Positions 45,300 through 59,251 of a stretch of DNA of 64,000 nucleotides are shown here, piece by piece (the first letter of the stretch is position 1; each line of letters begins with the position of its first letter). The notes under the pieces are model-generated. The model saw only the letters and a list, made by a program, of their open reading frames with translations, did not search any database and was not told the origin of the DNA. The stretch comes from the human T2T-CHM13v2.0 reference genome, Homo sapiens. The stretch lies in the NCBI RefSeq assembly GCF_009914755.1, contig NC_060942.1. The stretch is one strand, 5' to 3'. A program made the position numbers and the translations under genes.

Positions 45300-45834
45300 G
45301 TGATATTATTGCCAAAAGTAATGATGAAAGCTCTCCTATAAGCACATTGAAAATATCAGAAAAAACATTTTCTAACCTTCCTGATTTAATAAGCTAGAAA
45401 TTGACTAGCAAAACGCCAACAAATAATTTTGTTCTATGGATATATCGGATTGGAAAGTAAGCCCATGACTAGTCAGCATAGGCAATTCTGACTTTATTCG
45501 TGGTCATCATGAGTCTTCATGGGGTCCCTTTTACAGTTAGAGCAGCCGTGAAAACCAAGGACCAAAATAAACTGCAGTTGGTGCCGGACCTCACAATTGT
45601 TCCATCATGAGGCACTAAAGCAAGACTTTCTGAAATGTGAAGAATATTCAGTCTCATTGCATTCATTGAAAATATTATTATGAATAATGATTTCAATTTC
45701 AGCAAAAATGTTAACATTATATTACAATTACATAATAAAATTAAAATGTAAATATTGGTTATTTCATTTCTTATATGTTTTACAAGTTATATTTTAATTA
45801 TATCTTATAATGAATGTAGCATATTCATTCATTT

Positions 45835-45877
<43 letters not shown>

Positions 45878-45930
45878 ATAAATTTTTTTCCTGATAGGTA
45901 TGTATGACCAAAAAATGTTGGCAGCCGCTA
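45300..45930 (+). mobile_element. hAT-Charlie transposon 3' remnant
   Basis: DNA near 45550 reads KTKDQNKLQLVPDLTI, similar to the hAT dimerisation domain motif KTKYRNxL..DLR. Confidence 0.55.
45835..45880. repeat. Compound (TA)n(TG)n microsatellite
   Basis: Read directly. Confidence 0.95.
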
Positions 45931-46143
45931 GACTTGAGGTTCAAGGTTTATAAGGAATTATAGGACAGATGTAAAACTTCTTTTGAAAATATTTTCTGCA
46001 AACATAATAATAATGATAGAAAATAGTGGAGAGGCAAAGTACAAGGCTACTGGCCAACATGATCAGTTAGGGCAATTAACCGCAAGCCAGTGCCAACAAT
46101 AGATTTGATTAGAATGAGGATAGTTCAATTTTTTAAAAAGAAT

Positions 46144-46444
46144 AACTATCGCAAGGACAAAAAACCAAACACCGCATGTTCTCACTCATAGGTGAGAAAT
46201 GAACAATGAGAACAAGTGGACACAGGAAGGGGAACATCACACTCTGGGGACTGTTGTGGGGTCGGGGGAGGGGGGAGGGATAGCATTAGGAGATATACCT
46301 AATGCCAAATGACGAGTTAATGGGTGCAGCACACCAGCATGGCACATGTATACATATGTAACTAACCTGCACATTGTGCACATGTACCCTAAAACTTAAA
46401 GTATAATAATAATAAAATAAAATAAAATAAAAAAGAGACAAAAA
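46144..46444 (+). mobile_element. Short 5'-truncated L1 (L1PA3/4-like) 3' end
   Basis: AACTATCGCAAGGACAAAAAACCAAACACCGC…3'UTR…poly(A); TSD AAAAAGAAT at a TT/AAAA site. Confidence 0.93.
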
Positions 46445-49400
46445 AAAAAGAATGCCATCAAAGTTCTTCTCTGTCCTCTTCAATGCCTTACTGAATAAAC
46501 CCTTCAACTTTACTACTCATTGTCTGTTTGTCTGAATCTTCCTCTCCAACCTGACTGAACACCTCTTTGCCTCCCAAACTGAGCTGGTACTTGCTCAATT
46601 CCCTCAAATGTTTCTTTCCTACTCTCCATCTGAAACATCTGAAATGCCCAACCGTGTCCCACTGACCTTGCTGTACCCAATTCCTACGCATCCTTCATGA
46701 CCAAAGTCAGCTCCCTTCCTTCTCCTACAGTCTTCAGACCACTTTAGCCCATAATTTTCTCTTTCCTTTCTAAACTAATAGCAGTTTCTATCTCTGCCAC
46801 TCATTTGACAATCAACTATATAATGCATTGTGACAGCTCTGATATTACATTGTACCCTATCGTTATTCCTCTCTTCTGTTTTCAAGTTTCTTTTTTTTCT
46901 ATTTTTCTTCACCTTTTGCTTTGTATCTGTAACTTCATCCAAAAATCCTTCATGATGGGGTGATATTTCCCCCTTCTGTTATAGTCTTCCTTAGTCTGTG
47001 CTCAGCATGTAATTAGATTCAAAGAGGTGTGTAACAAATATTAGTGGTTATAATAAAGGACAAACCCTGCCGTTTGATGTTGCATTTCCTTACTTAAAAT
47101 TAGAATAACAAAATATTATCATTGAGCTGATATAAGGATTAAACAAACAATGTATGTAAAGTTAAAGGCAGAGTGCACACCACTTGGTAAATCTCCATAC
47201 GTTTTATATTCTCCAGGATTAACTCACTAGTGACTTTTATGTCACAAAGCTACCTGGTTGTTGCGAAGCAGCAGCTGGAAGGAATGAATGATTTAAGGCA
47301 TACGTCATTCCTTTATTCACTTATATTAGGCACTAAAGAGCAGGTTATAAATTTTCATTTTAGCGTGCCTTCCCCTCTTCTTAATATATTAATGATTATC
47401 CTCTGAAGTTTTCTTCCTATGGTCAAGAGAAGGGATTATAATTTTCTTGACTCATTGATAATTGATGTTAATAGAACGATGGTTTCTCTGACAATTCAAT
47501 ATACTGTCCACCATGAAAAAAAAAGAAAAGACACAGACAGATACACCTGCAGTGGCCTTAATCAGACCTGAAACATCCTGCTGACAGATATTTAACTCAT
47601 TTGTTCTGTTTGGCTGTCGGTCTGACACCATCACCATAATACAATATGAAGTGCTAATTATCATGAAATCCAATGATACAATTTACTGGGAAAGAAAAAC
47701 CTTTACTTCCCTTTTTATTGGAAGCTGCTTGCTCCCTCTCTTAAATTTGATCAGCGTTTACTATGATAGAAGAGGAGACCACTGCATCGCACTAGCCTTG
47801 AGCCCTAACTAAAGCAAAGGACTGTTCATTCTCAATTTATGTTATTTTTCAGATAATTCAGCACATCACTGGGTGCTTAAGAGTTTCTGTTGATAATAAA
47901 AGAAGACAAAACAAATTTGAGATCCTGCATCCCTTCAAATGAGGAGTCCAGCTGACTCGAATGATGAGCAGGCAGAGGCCAGCACCTTCTTCCTCCTGTG
48001 AGCTCTGAATCCATTTGTGTGTCCAAGTACTAAAGAGCTGGCCGTCCATTCCATCCTATTTCCTAAATTAAATGGGCTGGTCAGTTTCAATATTCTACCC
48101 AAGTCCAGATTTCTGAAAAAGCAAAGCCACCATTACTAGCAACTTCCCTGAGAAAGTGTGTGTGAATCCTGAAGTCTGGGCATGACCAATTGTGACCTGG
48201 TCTGGACTGCAGTTCCTAAGCCTACACCTAAGAATTACTGCTTCTCTTCAGAAATTGCCTCACTGTGGAGTCTTCTACTAGTCACTCAGTCCTGCTATTG
48301 ACCTAATCAAGGTCTAGTGACCCTGGAAAGCCATTTCCTTTTCCTTGTAGTTAACAATTGAGCAGCAACTTTTATACCTTGAGGCATCGTTTCAACTTTT
48401 CTTTGCCATATCTCCTAAACACTGAGCCTTCTTTCTGTTTCTCTTCACCCATTTCACCTGGACATCCATGTGGTCTAAAACCCTTAGACTGTGGGTGGTG
48501 GGTAGGGAGTCAGAGGCACAGAATTGGTGTGTGAGAAGGGGGTGGGGAGGCGGTTGAGGAGAAGGGTGAGAAAAGAACAGAGCTCCCATGCTGCTTCTGG
48601 AATGAGCTTTCTGTCTTCCAGGCCATCAATTTTACCTCTTGCAATACTTAATCCCATATTCCTGGAGCTCACGAACACAGCAATGGGAGAAGAAAGGCAG
48701 GGAAATTTTTTTTCAGGGCACAAACCTCTTTAAAAAGTTCACTAACAATGTACAATGAATGAAATACTGAACGTCCTGTATATTATTTTAAAAAGGGATA
48801 TCAAACAACAGTGCAGGACTGTCTGGTTATATTACAGTGTCTATCTTCTCATGTGTCAGCAACAAGTAATGCTGAAGGAGGCCTAATTATCATATTCACA
48901 GTGGTACAGGTAGTAAAACAGTTATGCTTTGCATTGCTCAGGATGTTCAGAGCTGAAATAGATAAACTATGTGGGAGACTAGTAATAGGTAATTATTCTC
49001 TACTTACATATTCAGCCTCATAATTCTAAATTAAGGTAAGTGGAAAAAGCTCATAAAATATTCAAAGCTCTTTTATCTTTCCTCCTCCCTCTTATTAGAA
49101 ACTGTGCATGAATTTGCATAGAATAAACTGAGCTCATAAATCAAAGAAGAAACTGCAAGAATGCTCTTTGTAAGTTATAATTTAAGGTTAACTGTAGCAC
49201 ATTTTGCTTACTGTATTATTAATGACTTTCGTTCACTCATGACAAGATTACATATTAAAAATTGTTGGTAGACAAAACTCAGTTCATAATCAATTTGCTT
49301 CTTAATGTGAGCAATCTGCGTGCATCCCTATGGCAGAGGCAGGTTTAGCGAGGGTAATGGAAGGAGTGCCTTGGGAAGAATGGTTCTAACACCGTTGGGC

Positions 49401-50999
49401 TCCCTCAGGGGTGTGATTGACAGGCAACTTCAAAGGGGAATTAAGTGACTGGTGAAGGGCAAACCCTAGATGGCTCAGTCAGGGCTCAGGGCTGCTCCCT
49501 GGGGTTCTGGTATCAGACTCCACCCTAAATGAGCCTGCTTTTTTTCAGTTTCTGCAGTTCTACCTACGGTGCTTTATACTTTCCAACTACTTGCCCATGC
49601 TTGAAATGCTTTTATCCTTGTAGCCTCATTTTTAAAATTTTTATCACATCTATTTACCAAAAAATGTATTTCTTTTTACTGTGAAACAAGCCCAATTTCC
49701 AAATGCTTTCTCAAATCAGGTTTTCAGATTCTCTGTTCCTTCTCATTGTCTCTTGTTTGCCTTCCTTTTTTTCATCCTGTGTTTAGATTTTCAGCCAGTT
49801 CCTCTCTTTGCTCCTTGCTTCTGTGTCTTGGCATTTCTGTTCCCTTTAGAAACGCTCTTTCTGCTTAACTCCAACAAAGCAATGCCAATTTATCTCTGCA
49901 GTTACAGCTTCCTGACACCCCCTCTCTACCTCCTTGGCCCACCCAAGGGGAAAGTTTTTCATTATAGTACATTTAGATACCAGCTGCTTTCTGATGCATG
50001 TGAAACAGAAAGACTTACACTCTCTCTTGGCTGGAGAAACAGAGACATGGGCAGGATGTTCACAAGTTATTTTACTGGAAATTAGCATGGGTGGGTTTGA
50101 TACTGTGCTTGGATCTTGTGTTGTGGTCCTGGTTCTGCCTCGGGTACCTCTTTTGAGGGAGAATAATCCCTGATCTATGTACATTCCTGGGTGTCTTCTG
50201 AATATATGACATTTAAAAATGTTATATTGAAATGTGACATCATTTTGTTTATTTTACTACTTTATGTATTTTAGTATTTATTTTATTAATGTATTTTTAT
50301 TCCTACTGGTATAGACTGAGATGAATTGCATTCATTTATATAGAGAATGTGTTGAAATTATGTCTAAAACGTTAAGCACACTGGAAACATTTGAGGTTTT
50401 AGCTGCTTGGGGTAAGAAACTGTTGATTGTAGACATAATGGTACCTAAACAATTGAGCAAGCATTGACTATAGGATCTAAAATATCACCATGGAGGATTG
50501 ATGAGAATTTTTATTTGATGCTTATTGCTAAGGCCTTGGGCCCACTTCCCATCTTATCCTCCCCAGCCTCATAGGTCTCCAACCCTGATGCCCTCCATAG
50601 GCAAGTGCTCCTAGAAAACATGCAGAGGAGCCTCCTGCCATGCCAGAGGGGGTACAAAGAAAAATAATGTGTCAAGACAGGGCCTCTGGGCAGGAATGAA
50701 AAGAATCAAGACTGAGAAATGCAGGAGGTAGCATGGGGACTTGAAAGGAGAGGTGATTCATCTCCGATGTAAAAAAACCCAGGCCATTAATTAAACTAAA
50801 ATTAAATACGGGTGATGAAATGAAAAGTCAAAAGAGACTCTGTTTTCCTCTGCCCAACCATTAAAATTGAGCCTTCTTAAGGAATGGATCCTCAGTTTTT
50901 TCTTACTTGAATCACCTGTTGGGTGACCTCATTACTCACTGGGCGTCAGCCCCGTCTCTTAACTGATGACTGGCATCTCTAAGCATACTCTCCAGAGCT

Positions 51000-51650
51000 C
51001 AGGGCTGTGTTCCCAAGCTTCTCCCCTCCCTGCCATGCCACAGTTTCCGCCTCCTTGCAATTCCCACACAGTGCCTTGAAATTACAGTGTCTCAAACAGA
51101 ACTCACCTTCTTCTCCATCCAAACAACTCTGTGGACTTTCTGTCTCTGTGCATGGCACTGTCATTCATCCAGCCCTCTAAACACCATCTTGTGAGTGTTT
51201 CTACTTCATCTGCCACCTCTGGGCTCCAGACCCTCACAGTGCTATCCAGCATCTCCCAGGTAGTTTCTCACTTGCAATGTCTGGGACTTGCCATGGTGCA
51301 GGCTCTCACTCCTGGGTCATTTCAGTGGGCTCTTTGCTGCCTCTGGGCTCCAGACCCTCACAGTGCTATCCAGCATCTCCCAGATAGTTTCTCACTTGCA
51401 ATGTCTGGGACTTGCCATGGTGCAGGCTCTCACTCCTGGGTCAGTGCAGTGGGTTCTTTGCTGGTTCTTTTGCTGAAGGTATTTGCTCCTAGTCTACCAT
51501 CTATACTGCCATAGAGTGAGCTTTCTAAAACCAACCTTCGGTCATGTCATTTTCCTTACTTAAAATTCTTCACTGGCTCCTGGTATGATAAATTCATATT
51601 TTTCAGCATGGTATATATAAAACTCCATGTCTTCTCTTTTGCTAGCTTTC
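51000..51650 (+). mobile_element. L2 fragment
   Basis: CTCAAACAGAACTCACC…; GCCATAGAGTGAGCTTTCTAAAAC…TCATGTCATTTTCCTTACTTAAAATTCTTCACTGGCTCC. Confidence 0.65.
51216..51463. repeat. 124-bp tandem duplication (2 copies, 4 mismatches)
   Basis: Units 51216-51339 and 51340-51463 both begin CCTCTGGGCTCCAGACCCTCACAGTGC. Confidence 0.95.
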
Positions 51651-53059
51651 TATTATCTTCTACTTTTCAACTATACATTTCCTGAATTCAAATCAAACAT
51701 CCCTCTCTCAATCCCCCTCTCTCTATTTTTCTCTACTATAGCACCTAAATTTTAGGCAGTAACTCCTTTTTTACGTTCAGCCAGAGGCAGATATTTTATT
51801 TCTGTGATGTTGCTAAAAATGTTAATTTAATTCATTAAAAATGTATTGTGCATCTTTTATGAAATTCTAGGAGTTGGGGAAGTTGGGGATTGAAGGCACA
51901 GTTGAGTAAAAGCAGAGAGGATGGGAAAACAGAGAAGACCCAGAGGACTCCGAGAGTCTTTAAGCAACCCCCCTGTCTTTCCAAGAGCACAGCAATCAGA
52001 AGCCCTGGGGAATAGTTCTGTTGAGCAGAGGCCACTCTGCCCTGAGACCAGTTGCAATCCTAGATGGCCTGACCTTCCTTTGAATGGAGACTGAGTAATG
52101 GATGCAAATGGATTGACTGGCACTTAAGAGCTATTTTTCCAAGCTTTTTAACACAGAGGCACAATACCCAGAATCAACACTTGAAATGGGACTCTTGTTA
52201 TTGCAGTGTTTATTTTTCATACGGTTATATAACTCTAGCTGAGCTCACCTATGAGATTGTAGGCTCTCTCATTTGCGGAGGTCGGTTTGCCGCAGGCAGG
52301 TATTTACTCTATTGCCATGAAGTCCATCAGAGATAAAGGCCTTTATGTTAATTAAAGTACCACATTGCCTTTGGACTTTGGGGGGAACTGTGACACAGTA
52401 CGCTGGGACAGAGAAGGCTCCATGCTGTCTACCTAGCTGAGTATTCTGTGTTCTTGTTTTGAGCAGAGCCTCTCCAGAATGGGGGAGGAGAGAGAGGGAA
52501 ATTAAGAAAAAAGGGAATGAAGAAAAAGAAAGACAGAAAACAGGCTTCTGTAATTCTGCCACTTGCTGGAAAGTCAGATAACAAAACTGTAAACATTACA
52601 ATATAGCAATTGCTTCATAGCTCATTTGAAAGTTATCCTCTCCAAAGTCACAAAATCATTCATAATTAATTATCAATTGATTGACACAGACATATGCCAT
52701 AGGAGTTCTGAGGGGATGAGATCAATGTGGACTGAGGCAGCACAAAGGGCCCTGAGAGAAGAATAGTGCTGAAATGTGGAATGGGAGGAACAGCGCTGCA
52801 AAGGTGAAAGGCAGTCGTGTCTTCTGGGTGATGTGAAGTTGCAGTTCCTTGATAATCCCAATCATGCAGACAGCTGGCTGAAGCATATACATCCCACATT
52901 TGTATGTGTGCACATCGCACATGCAGAAATCTTTTTCGTGAGATTTGGACTGAAGTGCCCTAGATTGAGTCTTCTATTTTGTGTTGAAGTCTGTATTTTG
53001 TATGGAAGCACATAGAGTACCTCTTCATTTTTCCTCCTACTTAATTCCTTTCTGCTCGA

Positions 53060-53680
53060 GGGTGCTAAAAACTATGGATAATTTGTTGTGTATCCCTCCT
53101 GCCCTTTTCTATGCAGATATAGATAGATAGATAGATAGAGATACATATTCATGTGTGTACATATATTCATATGAATTTTAAACCTAAATGGGATCATCTA
53201 TATACATGTGATTCTAATGAGTTGTTTAATGTATTGCTTAAACATGGACCTTGATGAGATCCTTCCCTGTCAGTTGCCTTCGTTGTTTTTAGCTTGATGG
53301 TGTCCTATAATAAGGAAGCCTCAGAATTTATTGAAGCAATATGTTACTGGTGGATGTTCAGATGTTTCCAGTTTTTCCTTATGGGCATTAAAAAGTATAT
53401 TAATACTTACAATTTTGGTTTAAGTATACATTTGTCTACAGGATAGTTTCACCAAAGCAGGATTACTAATTTTTAAAAAGCCAGTGGTTTAAGTCCCATA
53501 AAGATTCTATCTATTTATATTCCACCAAAGCATATACTGTGTGTTAGTAACCATTCTCCCACATCAGTGTTTGCAAAATTAATGTGTGAAAATTTTTATT
53601 TCATTACTGTTTTAAAATATATTTTCTTGGTTACTAGTGAGTTTAACATCTTTTTATGTGATTGTTCATTTTAAAGTCTA
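53060..53680 (-). mobile_element. L1ME-like 3' remnant with short (AGAT)n
   Basis: AAATGGGATCAT…GATGTTTCCAGTTTTT…TTACTAGTGAG…AACATCTTTT. Confidence 0.65.
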
Positions 53681-55965
53681 TTTTTATTGTCCCAAAGAAG
53701 CCATTTGTCTCATCTCTATTCCTCATTAATTAGAATTAAATCCTTTTGATTTCCACTGAATTTTTTTAACCATCAGATATCTAAGCCAAGTCATGTGAAA
53801 GTGTTAAGTGAGTTAAATAATCAATTGATCAATATGTATTCACTAGGCAATTAATGCCTCTAGTCTGTGCTGGATATTGTTGGGTATACAGCTCTGGCTT
53901 TTAAGGAGCTTATATGATCTTTTAGGGTGATAAGACTCAAACTGTAATCAATGACAGTACTACAGTTTACTAGACCCCAAGGGCTGTGGACAACCAGGGA
54001 AGAGAGAGGCTCTGCAGGTTAGAATAGCTAGGAAAATCTTACTGAAGGAATTACCGTTCTGCTTGACCTTGAGAGATGGATGCTGGAGGAATGGAGTGCG
54101 TTTTAGACCAGGGAGGTCAGCCGAGGTACTAAGTGGATTTCAGAGGGCAGCTAGGAGTGCAGCCATCCTGCAGCAGAGATTATGGAGACCCATGGGAGTC
54201 TATGCATTGTTGAGCTGCTGTGAGCATGGACCCAGCCCCATTATATACACAGAAATTACTGTTTCCCTCCCTACTATGAGGGTCTGCCTCTGCCCATGCC
54301 CATCTTGACCTGCCTTCAGGAGGCTATGTCAGGGAGTTTGGCTTTCAGGCTCAGGGTTCAGGAGGACAGATAAGGATAGGGCATGGCTCTGCCCTTCCAA
54401 GTTCTCCTGGATCCCCCAGGAAGCCACTGGATCTGGAACCTGCCTAATTGCAGCCCCTAGAGCCTCATCATTTTGTCCAGAGGTGCCATTGCTGCAATTA
54501 CTCTCTAAACCCAGAGTCAATTACTCACTGTGTGAATCACCCCCAAAAGATTGCTTTTTCCTTTTCCATTAGTATCACACATAATTGCACTCTGTGTGGT
54601 TCCTAAGCTCTTATTCCTGACTTCAATGTCCATGAGAATCTGGGTTGATTAGAAAGTCCCTTCATCTCCTATCACTGACCTCATCAACACTTTCCATAAG
54701 GTTTTTCACTATTTTCTTCATTAACAAAACACCCACCTCCTACCATTAATTATTCAGCTCCTTGTGAGGAAAGAATTGCTGTGTTTTCCCTGCTGATTTT
54801 TCCATATGTTTATCCTTTCTTCTTTCTTCTTTGTCTTCTTATTAACAGGAAATGTTAACACATATCCTAGAGTTGTAGGGATGGTTGATTTTGATACCAC
54901 TGTACTTTGTCTTTTATAGCCACTATCCCTTGAGGACCCTATACTACCCCACCTCTTGGCTCTCAAGATCGCCGTGGGCTAACCAAGATCTCAAGCTTAG
55001 CTTTCTGTCTGATGCAATTTCAAGCTGCAGCTGACCCCTGTCTTCACTCTCCTCCTGCTGTTCAATGTAGCTGTCCCATGTATTGCCTGCCCTTGGGGCT
55101 TATCAAAGGGGATCAACCAATTCATCATCAATAATTTAACAGTGGCATACTACCATAGCATGAGTTAACAAAGGTAAGAGTCATGCTGTGCCCTCACAAG
55201 CAGCGACAGATAGGGAGAAGGAGAAGAAGATAGAATAGGGTGGATCATAATGTGGGATATCAACCTAGCTAGATGAGAGAAGGGAGCAGGCAGTCCTCCA
55301 TCTGGAATCCAAAAAGCAATAGTGACCTCATTTCACATTTAGGCCAGAACGCATATGCAAAAGGCTCAGTCTGGTGTAAAAAGACTCATTAGTAGGGAAA
55401 TTTGGGTAGTGCTGTTATTTCAAGAAAGTCAAAATGTATTGACCCTTGGAGACATTGCACATGAAACACATATAGCAGCAAAGGAGTATATGGTGGGATG
55501 AGGTGTTGGAAGGGCAGGAAGAGCAGGAACATAAAACAACACAGTATGTAAAAATTCAAGACAAGGTGGTTGAGGTTATAGGCCCAGGCACTAGGAAGTA
55601 CTGGAAACCCAAGTTAAGGTGTCATCACTGAGAGTGAGCAAGCACAGCAGGGGCTTATAAGGAGGCATATAGGGGGCATATAGGTATTTGGGAAATACTA
55701 CATGGTAGGTAGCACAACCAAGTCTAGAGTCACTTACTGGTGGATGTGAACCCACAAATTTGATGCTAGCCTTGTCCAGTGTTGGAATGAATACAACTTC
55801 ATTCTTACCTCAAAGCAGCAGGATTTGCCTAGGTTGACAGGCCCATGTTGCTGCCTATTAGAAAATAGATCCAAAGCCTAAACTCCAGCTATGCTTCAAA
55901 AATAGGAAGTCAAGAGGACTCAATAATTTCCACATACAGTGAAAGCTGTGTTCAGCTTTAGTTGG

Positions 55966-56030
55966 AGTATTAGTTGGAGTTTTCCAGAGAAACAAAGCCA
56001 ACAGAAGATCATGTATATACATATATATAA
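55966..56030 (-). mobile_element. MLT2 LTR end fragment
   Basis: GTATTAGTTGGAGTTTTCCAGAGAAACAAAGCCAACAG. Confidence 0.55.
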
Positions 56031-56409
56031 TGTCTGTTTTCAAAACAATACAAGATGTCATACAATTTGTAAATGAGAGGTATAGATAGCACTTCCAGAG
56101 TCACAAGAAATAACTGTGGGCTGAGCTAGCCAATCATAGAGAGGTTGAGCTTCCTGAGGTCAATATCATTTCCAGACTTTACTCTCAGGACCTTGCACAT
56201 AATAGATATGTAATCCACGCCTTTCCACACAGGGGAATGACGGGCAGAGCAGTGTCTTGATGCTATTGCGATGGGTGCTCTTGCTAAAGGAGAAATTTTA
56301 TTAGGAAGAGAAGAGAGGAGTGAATACAGACCATGTGGAATTGCCATGATGAAGATGGATGGAGGGAAGAGAAAAGCATCAAAGAACAGCGTTCATGATA
56401 TTAGTGATG

Positions 56410-56720
56410 ATGATGATAACTTATTGAGCACTTTCTACAAAAATCATAGCTGACACTATTGAACACTTAGTGTCAGATATTATGTAATAAACTTTACATA
56501 CTAATGAGGTTAAACATCTTTTTATGTGATTGGTTGTTTTATGTTTCAACTCCTCATAACAGTACTGTAAGTAAAATATTATTGTTTCCTCTATTTATGT
56601 AAGGTAACTGAAGCTTGGAGAGGGTAAGTAATTTGCCTAGGAATGCACAGATAATAAGCAGCTGAGCTGGATTTAATGTCACATTTGTCTAATGTGAGCT
56701 ATGAGCACTTACCTCTACTA
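56410..56720 (-). mobile_element. MIR
   Basis: GTAACTGAAGCTTGGAGAGGGTAAGTAATTTGCCTAGG core. Confidence 0.75.
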
Positions 56721-57548
56721 GAAGCCCTCTTATGTAATGTAAAGGGAACTGGTCATTGTAGATTAATCAAAATACTTAAATGCTCTTTCCAGGAGTAAAA
56801 AATCTTTGTCTGGATTCTAACATCTCTCTCTCTCTCCACTAGCATTTTATTTTCAGGGAAGAAGCACTCTGCTCTTTTTCTCTGCATAAACCATAACCAT
56901 GATGCCTCATCTACTATTTCCCATTTTGATTTCTTTAAAGTAATGCCAAATGTCATGAACGATGACACTTAAGAGTTTTGTGATGTTTTTCTCCCTACAA
57001 CTAACATCTCACTCTAATTCAACAGGGTTTGTTGTGCTGTTTTCCTCAAATTGCCCTCATCAAATGTTTACAATTGAGTTTTCATGAAAGAAATAATTCT
57101 GTTTCTTGCATTCATATTGGCTTACATTATTATTTATGGCCTACGTATTATTTAAAATCTGTCATTATAATAGAAAGCCCAAATGGCAAAAATATGTTTG
57201 GTCATAAACATGACTGACCCTCAGTGTGTATGAACCTCATAAATGGGAATAGGAATATGTAGCAAAACTGAGGACTGACTCCTAGTGCTTTCAGTATGCC
57301 TTGCACGTAAGAGAGAACATCAGTTAATCCAAAGTGTGGTGCTTCAGTGTCAACTACCATCCCTCACCAGACTGTCTCTCAGCTGGAAGAGGAAGAATGC
57401 AAGATCATGAAGGATGAGAGTTCAAGGAGTGAGTGCTACTGAAAGATTAAGGATAGTAAAAATTGCTTAAAATCATATATTTTTATATACCTATGTGTGT
57501 TTGTGTGTGTACAGGTGGGGCTTTTTGGCAAAAAATAAGTTATATCTA

Positions 57549-57845
57549 TTTTTTTTTTTTTTGAAACACAGTGTCGCTCTTGTTGCTCAGGCTGGAGTGT
57601 AGTGGCATGATCTTGGCTTACTGCAACCTCCACCTCCTGGTTCAAGTGATTCTCCTGCCTCAGCCCCACCAAGTAGCTGGGATTACAGGTGCCTGCTGCC
57701 ATGCCTGGATAATTTTTGTGTTCTTAGTAGAGACGGGGTTTCACCATGTTGGCTAGGCTGGTCTCGAACTCCTGACCTCAGGTTATCCACCCGCCTCAGC
57801 CTCCCAAAGTCCTAGAATTACAGGTGTGAGCCACCATGCCTGGCC
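57549..57845 (-). mobile_element. AluS (Sq/Sx-like)
   Basis: Full Alu in reverse; degenerate TSD AGTTATATCTATTTTT / AGTTTTATCTGTTTTT. Confidence 0.93.
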
Positions 57846-59213
57846 AGTTTTATCTGTTTTTGAAGGCAATTACAAAAACAGTGGTGAAGTTAGAGATCAG
57901 ATTGTAAAGAATCAAGGAGTGTCTGAATGATGCGGCACTTGATAGCAGGTGCAAACTATTCTTTTAAGAAATTAGGTACACAGGTAAAAGAGAATGATAG
58001 GGAAGTTAATGGAGGAGCAAGAAGAGATTGACAAGATTTTAGCATACAGAAGACAAGATCGTGTTTCTGGTGTGAGAGCAGTATTCTGATGGAGAGAGAC
58101 ATTGGAAGATGAAGAGGAAATAGGATGTAGAGAGGTGATGGAGAGGAGGTGCTACAAAAACAAAGGCAGATTGTACAAACATCAGCCCCCTAGAAGAGCA
58201 GAAAAAGGTCTGACACAAAGGTAGGGATCTGTAAAAACACTAAGACAAGATTCTGCAACTTCTTCAAGAAGAGACTCTATAGATCTATAGAAAAGCACAA
58301 CATTTTTAGTGCAGTGAGGTTAATGGAGGTAAAATACATATAGTGATGATATAAATGAGGAAATAAACAACTATTTAGGAATAGCAAGAAAAGCTTACTG
58401 GAAAAGGATACAATTGAAATGTGTCCTAAAATATGAAAAGGAATTTTCCAGGCAAACTAATGGAGAGGAAATTCTAGGCAGAATAACAGGTGCAATCTCA
58501 GGGAGGTGGAAAAAGGAGAGTTCTGACTAGTGGTTTTATGTGGCTTCTGAACAGAGCAGACAGGGTGGGGTGGCTGAGGTTAAAGGAGGACAAATTGGCA
58601 GGGATGAGTTTTTGTTTGTTTGTTTGTTTTTTTGCTTTTATTTATAATAAGGTGATTGGATTTTACCCTATAGTTTGAGTGCTTTTTTCTAATATTGGCT
58701 TTTGACAATCTGATTCATGTCTATCACAAAGTTACAGACAGGATGGCACAAGAGACACTTGATAACTGGAACATTCTTCTGAGGGTATCAGTTTCATAAC
58801 TCCCCTGTTTCAGGAGGTATTTCTGCAGAAAATCTTAAAGAAATATATAGGATTTGAAGCATAAAATAAAGTGTCCCTGTTCCATAATTTAGGCCTAATG
58901 AGAATTCTCAAAAGGTATTTTTCTGACCTAGAAAATAAGGTGAAAGACATGTAAAGGTTAAAATGTGCAGGTTAACTTTCTGAAAATTAAAAATGATTTG
59001 GTAAACATAAAGAAGAAAGAAAGGGAAGAATAACAAGGAGACTTCTGTCTGAGGTCCCAAGGCAGAGGTAAAAGACTGGAAGAGAAGATAAATATGAGCT
59101 CTCATCAGAGAAGAAGAATTGCTCTCAACCCAGGCAGGGAGAATTGGTCTAAAGGAAGGAAGGGTTTAGTAAGACTTTCTGAGGCTTCTAAATCTTCCAT
59201 GAGTTTTCTTTCC

Positions 59214-59251
<38 letters not shown>

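Noticed and set aside
51131-51514. ORF with an internal repeat, or a CRISPR-like array
   Set aside because: Just a two-copy 124-bp tandem duplication with no spacers, in mammalian DNA.
56450-56476. 9-bp hairpin CTGACACTA/TAGTGTCAG
   Set aside because: Short and close to the MIR tail consensus; compatible with chance.
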